The notes under the pieces: generated by a model
The model's database searches: none
What the model saw: only the letters and a program-made list of their open reading frames with translations
What the model was told of the DNA's origin: nothing
Virus record (IMG/VR): IMGVR_UViG_2595698890_000001
Coordinates: 1 to 64,000 of that record
Strand: one strand, 5' to 3'
Source: a virus
Taxonomy: Duplodnaviria; Caudoviricetes
DNA length: 64,000 nucleotides
Translations under genes and position numbers: made by a program
Shown: positions 8,479-17,609 of the stretch, one piece after another
Layout: each line of letters opens with the position of its first letter
Numbering within the stretch: position 1 is the first letter of the stretch

Positions 8479-9129
8479 GTGGGAGCACTTCCTAATAACA
8501 GCCGAAAAGAGTCGAAGGACTCACCAGACCTTTACGTGACTAACCACCCGTTAGCCATCCCCGGTCTGTTTTCTCGATGGCGTCCAGAACCGGGCTCATT
8601 GATCCTAGAGCCCTGCTGTGGGCTGTGTCATATCTCTGACCGCCTAGAAGAGTTTGGGCATGTAGTTCACAGCTTCGACCTGTACAACTGGGGTCGTGGT
8701 AACTGTCGTCCTGAGTACGATGCCCAAGAGTACCAGTATGACCAGTACGAGTGTATTATTACTAATCCGCCGTACAACCACGCGATGCCGATTGTACTAA
8801 ACCTTCTGGAAACGGCGCTGGCGGAAAACGGCTCTATGGCTATGCTACTACGCCTAGAGTTCCAGACAGGCAAAGCACGTGCAGCTGCCTTAGAGCAAAC
8901 ACCACTAAAATACATCCTACCGTTCTCATTCCGTATCGAGTGTGACAAGGGTGTGGTGCTGGAGGAGAACGATGACGGATCGTACGCTACCGAAATCGAG
9001 AAGTCCCCGAACTCCTCTAACTACGCGTGGTTTATCTGGGAAGCTGGCTACGAGGGCTACCCAACCACTAAGTACATCCACCAAGACCAAGCTGAAGCGG
9101 TACTCGCTGAGCTTACTAAAGGAGAATAA
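8479..9129 (+). CDS. DNA amino-methyltransferase (likely N6-adenine)
   Basis: SAM-binding LEPCCG.C and catalytic ITNPPY motifs; GTG start after GAGG. Confidence 0.8.
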   Translation: MGALPNNSRKESKDSPDLYVTNHPLAIPGLFSRWRPEPGSLILEPCCGLCHISDRLEEFGHVVHSFDLYNWGRGNCRPEYDAQEYQYDQYECIITNPPYNHAMPIVLNLLETALAENGSMAMLLRLEFQTGKARAAALEQTPLKYILPFSFRIECDKGVVLEENDDGSYATEIEKSPNSSNYAWFIWEAGYEGYPTTKYIHQDQAEAVLAELTKGE

Positions 9130-9133
9130 TCCA

Positions 9134-9535
9134 ATGCGAAATCCAACCGTAAAAGAAGTGGCGGACGAGATCGAAAGTCTTACGAGAGGATCAGGCACCA
9201 CACTGCGCAACAGTATCATGGTGGCAGTAAATACTATGCGTGAGGGCGGTCCACTCACGCTGTTTGGGTACGTTGTAGATAAGACCGGGGAGGCTACCGT
9301 CTTCAAGTGCGAGGTTCCAGTTGAGGAGGTAGTGGGCGTCTACCCGAGCACGGGTGAGATCATCGTCCGTGTAGACCCTCCGATCACCGGGGCTCGACTA
9401 TTTCCTACAATGGAGGTCGCCCGCGTACGAGCTTCACACAGAGTAGTGCAGCGCATGGAGAAACTGCGCAAGCATAGTCGTGAAGTCTCTGGTCTTACTG
9501 CTAGTAAAGTACCGCTGCTGAAGCTACCTCAGTAA
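9134..9535 (+). CDS. hypothetical protein
   Basis: AAGGAG RBS before ATG 9134. Confidence 0.6.
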   Translation: MRNPTVKEVADEIESLTRGSGTTLRNSIMVAVNTMREGGPLTLFGYVVDKTGEATVFKCEVPVEEVVGVYPSTGEIIVRVDPPITGARLFPTMEVARVRASHRVVQRMEKLRKHSREVSGLTASKVPLLKLPQ

Positions 9536-9546
9536 ACCACCACCTC

Positions 9547-9573
9547 AAAGGGCGCATATAGCGCCCTTTTTTT
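9547..9573 (+). terminator. intrinsic terminator
   Basis: AAAGGGCGC-atata-GCGCCCTTT plus T run. Confidence 0.8.
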
Positions 9574-9623
9574 AATGTGTGCAATAATTGAGCCTGACAT
9601 CCAATCCAACGGAGGTATTACCG

Positions 9624-9968
9624 ATGTCTGTTCCAGTTAGAACACATAAAACAAAACCGATCCTCGTAACCAATGGGGCGGTAGAGGTTCCTGTGGACCC
9701 GAATTACCCACACACGTTCGTGAGTGTCTACCCTACGTTCGCCAACGGTGAGCCTAGAACTTTTCTGGATGGCATAAGCGGTGAGTTTAAGGTCGAGTAC
9801 CTGACGGCTACCTGCCCCCACTACCAGCAAGGTAAGGAGGGTGACATCACAGCCAAAACTCCCAAGGACGTGTCCGTTTCCGCTAATTTACTAAAAGTAA
9901 AAGTCACACCGAGCGGTGTGTCAGGCGCTACACACTTTGTTGTAGCCATCTCTCAGAACATTACATAA
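9624..9968 (+). CDS. beta-rich putative virion accessory protein
   Basis: GGAGG RBS; first gene of terminator-bounded cluster. Confidence 0.6.
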   Translation: MSVPVRTHKTKPILVTNGAVEVPVDPNYPHTFVSVYPTFANGEPRTFLDGISGEFKVEYLTATCPHYQQGKEGDITAKTPKDVSVSANLLKVKVTPSGVSGATHFVVAISQNIT

Positions 9969-9983
9969 TGGGAGCACTGTAGA

Positions 9984-11648
9984 ATGCTTAATCCAGCTTA
10001 CGGAAGAGGTACTGGCGGTGACGCTGGTTCCGACGGTCCAGTAAAAGGACCTGTTTACCTCACTGGGGACGCCAACACGGACGGAAGCCTACGTCTGACC
10101 GCTGTGGATGATGCTGCCCTAGGTAAAGTGGTGATCGTAGAGGAGCGTAAGGACGGTGCGTGGGTTGACCTCGGCACAGTCACTAACGAGCTTACTAATA
10201 GAACTGGCACCTTGTATCTACGCGGCAACAGCTCTACTCCCGGATCATGGCGTGTAACAGCCAAGAACGGCACTACCGTGATAGAGGAGCGCATAGGGTC
10301 AGTTTGGGAGCACCGAGCTACCTTGGATGACGTGTTTACTACAGACACGATCATGCTTCGCGGAAGAGACTCCCAGATACGCCACGCTATCGGTAAAGGC
10401 GGTGTGGCTATGGACATCACGCCAGAACACCTATCGCTAGGGGACGGTACTATCCCAGTACGACTACTGGGAACCAGTGACCATACGGCTCCGGGAGTAG
10501 CTTACCCGTTCCAATCGCCAATCCCACCGAAACACGCGCAGTACGAGGACACAGCGAATAAGAAGAGTGTTACTAAGGCTGTGCGTACCTTCAAAGCTGT
10601 CTTCGACGCTTTCCGCATATTCCGGTTCTACGCGGTAGCTGATAGCAGTGCTCAATACCGAGTACGCGTACTTAATCCCAAGGGTGTTGTGCTGTACGAG
10701 AGTGCTGACGATAACCAGTGGGCAGCTAAGCAGGACCTTCCTTCGGTTACTAACAAGGAGACCAGCGTAGACCCGGGGCGTGAGATTCTTGTATATGGTG
10801 CCAAGCCCTTCGAGGACATCACCCTAGAAGTGGAATTTACTAAACAGGTGCAGATGTTCCAAGACGGAGCAGAGCCCGCCATGTTCGTAGAGACCAACAA
10901 GTGGAATAAGCGTCAAGTGCAGGTTAAACCCCAGACGCACTCTCTTGTCGATGGTGGTAAGAGTGTGTTCCTGAAGGACGACGTGAATGGTCTTCTGGGA
11001 GCACTCCCAGCTACACTACTGGGTGGAGAGTCTGCCGACGTGGAGGTAGCTCCAATTCCCGCCTTTGCTCCCGAGTACGGACCACGCGCTGTGTCTACCC
11101 GGGGAGGATCAGAGCCTGCCGACGGTAGTAACGGGATCGGGTTCGCTCGCGGTACTGCGTCCTACGCGGATCACAGGTCCATCATTGCCATCGAATTTTT
11201 CTCGGCTGTAGATTACAAGGGTCCTCTTATCTACGAGGTGTGGGAGTCTAAAGGGAAGCCGGGAGACCCCGACTACGTGGAGATGCACAAGCTGCGATCT
11301 ACTAATAAGTTCCCGGACGGTGACTACAAGGTAGGCGATAAGGTAGTCCTAACGTTCCCAGCACCTATCGAGGTATCCGCTGGGGTCCGCTACTACTACA
11401 AAACCATTCTGGCTAATGGACTGCCCCTGCGTGTTTGGAAGGGGTCGAATGGTAACAGCTACAGAAAGATGTACTACAGGTCGTTTGAGCGAAACCGCCT
11501 AGCCACCGTGAACGCGCTGACGCTTCTTTCTCGGGGTATCGGTGAGATGCTAAACTCCATATCACCTAACAACAACTTCCTGTTCACAGAGAATAACAGT
11601 CTCATACAGTGGGGAGACATCTCCTCTATTGAGTGGGTTAGAGACTAA
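9984..11648 (+). CDS. putative fibre/adhesin-like virion protein
   Basis: Duplicated N-terminal motif G..YL.G...T.GS.R......EER....W; beta-rich 554 aa. Confidence 0.5.
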   Translation: MLNPAYGRGTGGDAGSDGPVKGPVYLTGDANTDGSLRLTAVDDAALGKVVIVEERKDGAWVDLGTVTNELTNRTGTLYLRGNSSTPGSWRVTAKNGTTVIEERIGSVWEHRATLDDVFTTDTIMLRGRDSQIRHAIGKGGVAMDITPEHLSLGDGTIPVRLLGTSDHTAPGVAYPFQSPIPPKHAQYEDTANKKSVTKAVRTFKAVFDAFRIFRFYAVADSSAQYRVRVLNPKGVVLYESADDNQWAAKQDLPSVTNKETSVDPGREILVYGAKPFEDITLEVEFTKQVQMFQDGAEPAMFVETNKWNKRQVQVKPQTHSLVDGGKSVFLKDDVNGLLGALPATLLGGESADVEVAPIPAFAPEYGPRAVSTRGGSEPADGSNGIGFARGTASYADHRSIIAIEFFSAVDYKGPLIYEVWESKGKPGDPDYVEMHKLRSTNKFPDGDYKVGDKVVLTFPAPIEVSAGVRYYYKTILANGLPLRVWKGSNGNSYRKMYYRSFERNRLATVNALTLLSRGIGEMLNSISPNNNFLFTENNSLIQWGDISSIEWVRD

Positions 11649-11659
11649 GGAGATTACTA

Positions 11660-12148
11660 ATGGGATTACTACAAGGCTCCCTATCCGAGATGAAGTCTGG
11701 GGATTTAGGGTTACTAAAAAAATCGGGGCGTCTGTACGAGTGGGACATGCCTCGATTCAAAGGGATCGTAGGTAGGGCAGCACACCCCTCCGCGACGAAC
11801 ATGACTTCCGGGCTTGACTTCAACGCGGCTACCTACGAGAACGGGGCTATCATGTTCGAGGTAACTGCGGAAGCGACTGGCGTTGCCATTATATTCGTAA
11901 GCGTGACCTTAGACTCTGTTAGCGGGACTACGACCAGCTTTAAGCTCTTTAAGAACGATGTGGGTGTGTTGCACTCAGAGCGTCACGTCGGCTTCTCCGA
12001 GTTGTCAGGCAACAAGGAGATGACTTCTCCTTCGACCATCGTAGTGCCTGTTGAGAAGGGTGATAAGTTGTCATTCCGCGCTCGTGGGAAGGCGGTATTC
12101 GCAAACGCCACTTTTGGCAAGACACGTCTAAAATTACTAATAATTTAG
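11660..12148 (+). CDS. C1q/BclA-CTD-like beta-sandwich protein
   Basis: Pattern L.KN.....TIVVPVEKGDKLSFR typical of C1q-like folds (inference). Confidence 0.45.
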   Translation: MGLLQGSLSEMKSGDLGLLKKSGRLYEWDMPRFKGIVGRAAHPSATNMTSGLDFNAATYENGAIMFEVTAEATGVAIIFVSVTLDSVSGTTTSFKLFKNDVGVLHSERHVGFSELSGNKEMTSPSTIVVPVEKGDKLSFRARGKAVFANATFGKTRLKLLII

Positions 12149-12157
12149 GAGTACACA

Positions 12158-12637
12158 ATGAGAATCACAGACATAGTTACCACAGCTTCTGACACAGACG
12201 AGTTGATCCTAAAGCGTGGAAACGACTTCTTTTCTATCCCAATCTCAGTGCTGCGAGAGGCGACGGCTCCTGCGCACGTATCAGTAACAGCTCCTAAGTC
12301 GTCCGTCGAGGTGGCGAAGGATGCTACAGAGGAGATCATGAAGGCAGAGGCTCCCGAAGCGGGAACGTACATAGCCGTAGCCACACTACGATCTCGCACC
12401 CACAACACCTCTGCGTATGGCGTAGCATCGCTTTATAAGGGTGGGGTGCTAGTTGCTAATAGTGAGACCGAGACTGGGTTCGGGGAAGACGTACGCACCA
12501 GCGTGGTGTTGTACGAAGTGCTGTCTCTTACTAAGGGTCAAGAGGTGGGTGTTCGCTTAACCGCTAATGGCGATAAGATCACCGCGTACAGCGATGACGA
12601 CGGGCGCTCCGTAGTGTCATTGGTGCGGATCTCATAA
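12158..12637 (+). CDS. C1q/BclA-CTD-like beta-sandwich protein
   Basis: PEAGTY.....LYKGG..V.NSE...VLSLTKGQEVGVR. Confidence 0.5.
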   Translation: MRITDIVTTASDTDELILKRGNDFFSIPISVLREATAPAHVSVTAPKSSVEVAKDATEEIMKAEAPEAGTYIAVATLRSRTHNTSAYGVASLYKGGVLVANSETETGFGEDVRTSVVLYEVLSLTKGQEVGVRLTANGDKITAYSDDDGRSVVSLVRIS

Positions 12638-12652
12638 CGCACCACTATAGAC

Positions 12653-12678
12653 AAGCCCGCCAGATGGTGGGCTTTTTT
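12653..12678 (+). terminator. intrinsic terminator
   Basis: AAGCCCGCC-agat-GGTGGGCTT plus T run. Confidence 0.8.
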
Positions 12679-12722
12679 CTTTTAACGTATAGTCAACTAG
12701 GTTTTTACTAAGAGTAACGGAG

Positions 12723-13169
12723 ATGCGAACAAACAGAGAAGAGACTAAGGAGTCGCTTTTGTGGAGTATGGACGAGATCCTGCTGGCTCCTAACCGCGTG
12801 GTTCCGGCACTGCTAACCAGTGCGTATTTGTACTACCTCCGCAGTGATATGCAGCCGATAATGCGAGACGAGGACTTTGACCAGTGTTGCCGACTGCTGC
12901 GTAGGAAGTACCGCGAAATCGACCACCCACATAAGCGCCTGATCAAGATGTCGGACCTTAGTGCCGGAACCTTATTCCGACTCCGGGAGCATGACTACCC
13001 AACGATAGTCAAAGTGGTGGCTGTAGAAATGTCGCTGGGCACGCTTTACGACAAACCGATGCCTACGCCCCGCCCTAAGCCGGAAAAGCGCGTACGTAAG
13101 CGCAGGGTTCGAAATAACGGGGGTTCTAGCTCAGGACCTAAAGGTTTTTTAAATAGGAGAAGAAAATGA
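12723..13169 (+). CDS. stand-alone NAD+-ligase domain Ia-like (Nlig-Ia) protein with basic tail
   Basis: AYLYY....PIM.DEDFD..C..L resembles LigA domain Ia YY..D.P.I.D.EYD.L. Confidence 0.65.
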   Translation: MRTNREETKESLLWSMDEILLAPNRVVPALLTSAYLYYLRSDMQPIMRDEDFDQCCRLLRRKYREIDHPHKRLIKMSDLSAGTLFRLREHDYPTIVKVVAVEMSLGTLYDKPMPTPRPKPEKRVRKRRVRNNGGSSSGPKGFLNRRRK

Positions 13170-13621
13170 GTGTAACAGGGTCTGTAATATTGCTGGTTTT
13201 ACTAATGGAGGCGTTGTCATGGGGGTTCTACCTGCTGTGGACGCGTTTAGTAAAAAGCGGTCGCGTGGCTGCGGTGAAGTTTGGTAAGCGCAAGCACTGG
13301 GCTGACCTTAACCACACCTACGACCGAATATACTTCCGAGGGTTCTGGACACCGTTCGTTATGGTGACGGAGCGTGACTGCCCAATCCCGGAATTTACTA
13401 AGAACCATCCTGACGAGCTGGCTTCAGCCGCTGTCCGCAGTTTTGTTCAGAAGCTGATAGACGACAGTAGTCTCGTCCTAGACACAGAGGCTAAAGACGA
13501 GTTGTTTCGCCAGTACGAGTTATGGATGTTAGTAAACGCCATGCCCGACAACGGATACGCGCTGATCGAGGACTGGCGAGACCAGCTAAACCCAGCCAAC
13601 GATGGAGAAGACGATGAATAA
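13166..13621 (+). CDS. membrane-anchored hypothetical protein
   Basis: N-terminal TM helix; AGGAG RBS. Confidence 0.6.
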   Translation: MSVTGSVILLVLLMEALSWGFYLLWTRLVKSGRVAAVKFGKRKHWADLNHTYDRIYFRGFWTPFVMVTERDCPIPEFTKNHPDELASAAVRSFVQKLIDDSSLVLDTEAKDELFRQYELWMLVNAMPDNGYALIEDWRDQLNPANDGEDDE

Positions 13622-14267
13622 CACGAAAGTGCGTGAAGCTCTGATTGAGCACTACGGCTTACTGCTCGAAGACGATAAGGCAAACTACTACCTCCAGCCT
13701 AGAGATGCCGACTTCCTGTTCGAGCATGGAACGACTAAGGCGTACTTAGTAAAGAATCCTTGGTCAGCGGGACAGGCTAAGCTTCCTAATGTGGACGTTT
13801 GTGCAATGGCGCTCACAGAGTTGTGTGCTGCTGCCGGGATCGTACTGAACGACACCATACAGGGAGCCCAGTTCGTAGGTGACGGTACTAACCAGTTTGA
13901 CTTCCTACGCGTGCCGATGCGTGGTGTTGTTATGGCGATCACCGTCATTGAAGCTCCGAGTGCTCTAGGGGCTATCCACGTCCTAGGAGAGACCGCAGCG
14001 CGATGCTACGCCCTCGTGTCAATATTCCGCGATGACTCCCAGATCAACAGTCAGGGTCAGGAGTTCATTTCGCAGAACATGAATATGCACACCGGGATGA
14101 TCCACACATGCCTGTTCCGACTGGCTCTGGACGAAGCGCAGGACGCTTTCCCGGTGTACGTTCCTAAGATGGTAAGCCCGAACGGGTACGCTACCCCACA
14201 GGAAGCGATTGACAACCAGCCAGAAGACGTTAAAAATATGGTCCCAGTGACGGACTTTAAGCAGTAA
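13614..14267 (+). CDS. hypothetical protein
   Basis: GGAG RBS before ATG 13614. Confidence 0.65.
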   Translation: MNNTKVREALIEHYGLLLEDDKANYYLQPRDADFLFEHGTTKAYLVKNPWSAGQAKLPNVDVCAMALTELCAAAGIVLNDTIQGAQFVGDGTNQFDFLRVPMRGVVMAITVIEAPSALGAIHVLGETAARCYALVSIFRDDSQINSQGQEFISQNMNMHTGMIHTCLFRLALDEAQDAFPVYVPKMVSPNGYATPQEAIDNQPEDVKNMVPVTDFKQ

Positions 14268-14302
14268 GTCACTAGGCGAACCAGACTTCCTTCGGGAAAC
14301 CC

Positions 14303-14337
14303 AAACCGCTCCAGCTTCCAGCCGGGGCGGTTTTTTT
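14303..14337 (+). terminator. intrinsic terminator
   Basis: AAACCGCTCC...GGGGCGGTTTTTTT. Confidence 0.7.
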
Positions 14338-14375
14338 ATATCATCTGTCTGGAAATTACTTCACGAGGATTACCG

Positions 14376-14720
14376 ATGGGCGAACTAACCAAGGGGGTGC
14401 TATCGAAACAAGACCTATTTAAAGTCCAAGCAGGACGCTGCTTTTACTGCTGCAAGCCGATGTCTCCGGGGTCGTACGATGCGCACCTCCGATCCAACGG
14501 CTACACACGCGACCACTTCATCCCGAAATGTGAGGGAGTGCTCGGTTTTAATAATATTGTTTTGAGTTGTAGGGACTGCAACGAGCGAAAGGGAAGCCAA
14601 GACCCGTCTAACAAGGCGCTGGCTAAATACGAACTCTTACTAAGTGTCAGATTGAGTTTCCCGGATGTCTGCGATAAAGACATCAAACGCATAGCTCGAT
14701 GGCGGCTTTACCATTTTTAA
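14376..14720 (+). CDS. HNH endonuclease adjacent to terminase
   Basis: Q.GRCFYC ... TRDHFIP...G.....NIVLSCRDCN..KG. Confidence 0.85.
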   Translation: MGELTKGVLSKQDLFKVQAGRCFYCCKPMSPGSYDAHLRSNGYTRDHFIPKCEGVLGFNNIVLSCRDCNERKGSQDPSNKALAKYELLLSVRLSFPDVCDKDIKRIARWRLYHF

Positions 14721-14744
14721 GTTTAGTAAAGAGAGGTACTGGCA

Positions 14745-16052
14745 ATGTCAGGTTTCTGGAGAAAAGAGCCCCCAGTGATGGACGAGAACGGCAAGCTTAT
14801 CAAGGGTGGGATGTTCCCACACCAGCTTGAGTTCTGGGAATCCGAGAGCTTCATCAAGGCTCTTGTTACTGGGTACGGTGGGGGAAAGACTTTCACCGCT
14901 GGTAAGTGGTCGATAGCGATGGCTCTTACTAACTCGGGCATACCATTCATGTGTGTGTCCCCATCGTACAAGGTTGCCCGTAAAACGATAGTAATCACCA
15001 TCAAGGAGTTGCTGCAAGGCAAGCAGACTCTTCTTGAAGGCTTCAGCTGGAAGTACAACAAGTCGGATTGGGAGTTCCTGATCCGATACCGTGGGCGTGA
15101 GGGGATCATCTGGATTGGCTCTGGGGACGACCCGGACGCGCTTAAAGGTCCTAACTTGTGTGGCGCTCTGATCGATGAGCCGTTCATACAGCCGCGTGAA
15201 GTATTCGAGCAGATGCTCGCTCGTGTACGTCACCCGGGGGCAGTGCAGAAGCACATCGGACTAACAGGAACACCCGAGGACCTTAACTGGGGTTACGACA
15301 TCACTGAAGGCGACGAGAAAGACAACTTCGACGTACACCTAATCCAAGCATCCTCGAAAGAGAACAAGGCTCTGGACAAGGAGTACACGGAGCGTCTGGA
15401 ACGCGGTCTTAGCGAGCAAGCGGCAGAATCATACGTTAGTGGTAAGTTCGTTCCGCTGGCTAAGGGTCGTGTTTACTACGGGTTCTCGCGTGAGCGTAAC
15501 GTTATGGAGTTCCCGGAAATTCCTAAAGGCGCTGAAATTGGCTTTGGTCTCGACTTCAACGTGAACCCAATGTCGGCGGCTATGTTCTGGACACTCAATG
15601 GACACATCCACTTCTTTGATGAGATCCTGCTACCGAACTCGGACACTTACGACATGTGTGAGACTATACTCGACCTGTACGGAGAGTACCGTCCAGTCTG
15701 TTACCCGGATGCTACCGGACGTAAGCGCCAAACTAACGCCGCTGCTGGTATGACCGACTTCCGTATAATTAAGGATGAGTACAAGATTAAGATTAACGTT
15801 GGTTCTGTGAACCCTCCTAAGCGTGACCGATTCAACATCGTGAACGGAAAGCTTAATCCTAAGAAGGGTTTGCCGACTATGACCGTCTCCCCTAAGTGCT
15901 CGAAGATGATCCGTTACATGGAGTCATATTCACACGAGAAGATGAACCAACAGGAAGAAATGTCACACATTCTTGATGCAATGGGCTACCCTGTAGCTCG
16001 ACTATTCCCACTTAACATGCGTGCCGAGATTAAGAAACTGGCAGGTCACTAA
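14745..16052 (+). CDS. terL: terminase large subunit
   Basis: PHQ, Walker A GYGGGKT, Walker B LIDE, TGTPE, nuclease GLDFN and HILDAMGY. Confidence 0.95.
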   Translation: MSGFWRKEPPVMDENGKLIKGGMFPHQLEFWESESFIKALVTGYGGGKTFTAGKWSIAMALTNSGIPFMCVSPSYKVARKTIVITIKELLQGKQTLLEGFSWKYNKSDWEFLIRYRGREGIIWIGSGDDPDALKGPNLCGALIDEPFIQPREVFEQMLARVRHPGAVQKHIGLTGTPEDLNWGYDITEGDEKDNFDVHLIQASSKENKALDKEYTERLERGLSEQAAESYVSGKFVPLAKGRVYYGFSRERNVMEFPEIPKGAEIGFGLDFNVNPMSAAMFWTLNGHIHFFDEILLPNSDTYDMCETILDLYGEYRPVCYPDATGRKRQTNAAAGMTDFRIIKDEYKIKINVGSVNPPKRDRFNIVNGKLNPKKGLPTMTVSPKCSKMIRYMESYSHEKMNQQEEMSHILDAMGYPVARLFPLNMRAEIKKLAGH

Positions 16053-16064
16053 GGAGTTTTACTA

Positions 16065-17609
16065 ATGGCTAAAAAGTCTAAGCAGGAAGAAGTTAAAACA
16101 ATCCCTGCGAAAGAAATCGAATACAAGCACCCAACGTACCACGCCAAGATCAAGCGTTGGCAGAAGAACCGTTTAGTGTGTTCGGGTACAGACAAGGTTA
16201 AAGAAGCGGGCGAGACCTTGCTGCCAAAACTAGAGGGGCAGAGCTCTTCTGAGTACGAAGCGATGGTTGTCCGTGCTAACTTCTTCCCGGGAGCACTGCG
16301 TGCCCTGCACGGTACTAACGGTATGATTCATGCCAAGAACCCGACCATCAACTTTCCAGAAAGTAAGCTACACCATCTTACTAATATTGGTCTGTCAGGG
16401 TCCTCTATCGCTGAAGTGGCGGAGGAGATCACTGAAGAGCAGATGCTGCAAGGCTGGGTGGGGATATTTGCTTTCTACACGCACACTGAGGGTGTAGGGG
16501 AGCTGAAGCCGTTCCTCTCGGTAATTCAAGCGGAGAGTATCTGGGACTGGCGCTTTGCTTTAGTAAACGGCGTCAAGCAGCTAACCTACGTTAAGTTCGT
16601 GGAGCTGGTAGCGTCTGAGAACTCGAACATGTTCTACACGGAGATGGTCCAACAGGTAACACAGCTCTGGTTAGACAAAGACGGCAAGCTTAACCACCGT
16701 ATCTGCCAGAAGGTCAAGAAGGGTGAAGGTGGTGAGAGCCACTGGATTCAGAAGCAGGGCGGCGCTGTTTTAGTAAGAGGTAAGCAGGTCGAGGGCGTTC
16801 CTTTCCGCCTGATCGGTGCTCGTAAAATGTCGGGCAAGCCTGAAGAAGCGCCTATCGAGCCTATCGTAGACGTGAACATCTCGCACTACATCACCTCTGC
16901 CGACTTGGAGCAAGGTCGCCACTTCACGGCATTGCCAACACCGTACATCTGTTCCGCTGCGGTGGATGCCGATAAAGAGTTCCGAATCGGTGGATACAAC
17001 TGCTGGGTGATCCCGGAAGCGGACGCTAAGGTAGGCATGCTTGAGTACACCGGGCAGGGTCTGCTCTCGCTGGAGAAAGCCGACACTGAGAAGAAGTGGG
17101 AAATGGCGGTTCTGGGTGCGCGTATGCTCCAGAACGACAAGAAAGCCAACGAGTCAAAGGATACGGTTCGACTGCGACAGACTGGTGAGAACAGCATCGT
17201 TACTAACGTCGCTCGCCAGTGCTCGACAGCACTCACTTACTTGATCCGCGAGTTCGTAGCTCCTTGGACACTGGTATCCTCCACGGAGAAGGTAAGCTTC
17301 GTACTCACCACGGACTTCCTTACTATCGAGATCTCCACGGATATGCTCAACTCAATGGCAGCATTGGTGGCTACGGATAAGATGTCTATGGAAACGTTCT
17401 TCTACAACTTGCAGCGTGGCGGTATCTACGAAGCGGGTACGACTATCGAGAAGGAGCTGGAGCGTATCGAGAAGATGCGAGAGAAGGACCCCGCTCTTAC
17501 TAAACGTAAAGGCGACGTGGTAGACCTCGATGAAGATGAGGTGGAGAACGACCACGTAGACAACCGTGACAAGTCCAAGGACAAGGACGATGGTAAAGGG
17601 GAAGAATAG
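16065..17609 (+). CDS. portal protein (DUF4055-like)
   Basis: Follows terL; LPKLEGQ...Y..RA.F, N.SHY..SAD, LE.TG.GL, M.VLGAR motifs. Confidence 0.9.
   Translation: MAKKSKQEEVKTIPAKEIEYKHPTYHAKIKRWQKNRLVCSGTDKVKEAGETLLPKLEGQSSSEYEAMVVRANFFPGALRALHGTNGMIHAKNPTINFPESKLHHLTNIGLSGSSIAEVAEEITEEQMLQGWVGIFAFYTHTEGVGELKPFLSVIQAESIWDWRFALVNGVKQLTYVKFVELVASENSNMFYTEMVQQVTQLWLDKDGKLNHRICQKVKKGEGGESHWIQKQGGAVLVRGKQVEGVPFRLIGARKMSGKPEEAPIEPIVDVNISHYITSADLEQGRHFTALPTPYICSAAVDADKEFRIGGYNCWVIPEADAKVGMLEYTGQGLLSLEKADTEKKWEMAVLGARMLQNDKKANESKDTVRLRQTGENSIVTNVARQCSTALTYLIREFVAPWTLVSSTEKVSFVLTTDFLTIEISTDMLNSMAALVATDKMSMETFFYNLQRGGIYEAGTTIEKELERIEKMREKDPALTKRKGDVVDLDEDEVENDHVDNRDKSKDKDDGKGEE

Noticed and set aside
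14268-14375. Possible tRNA or ncRNA in the intergenic hairpins
   Set aside because: No cloverleaf or T-loop GTTCRA; explained by a short UUCG hairpin plus terminator
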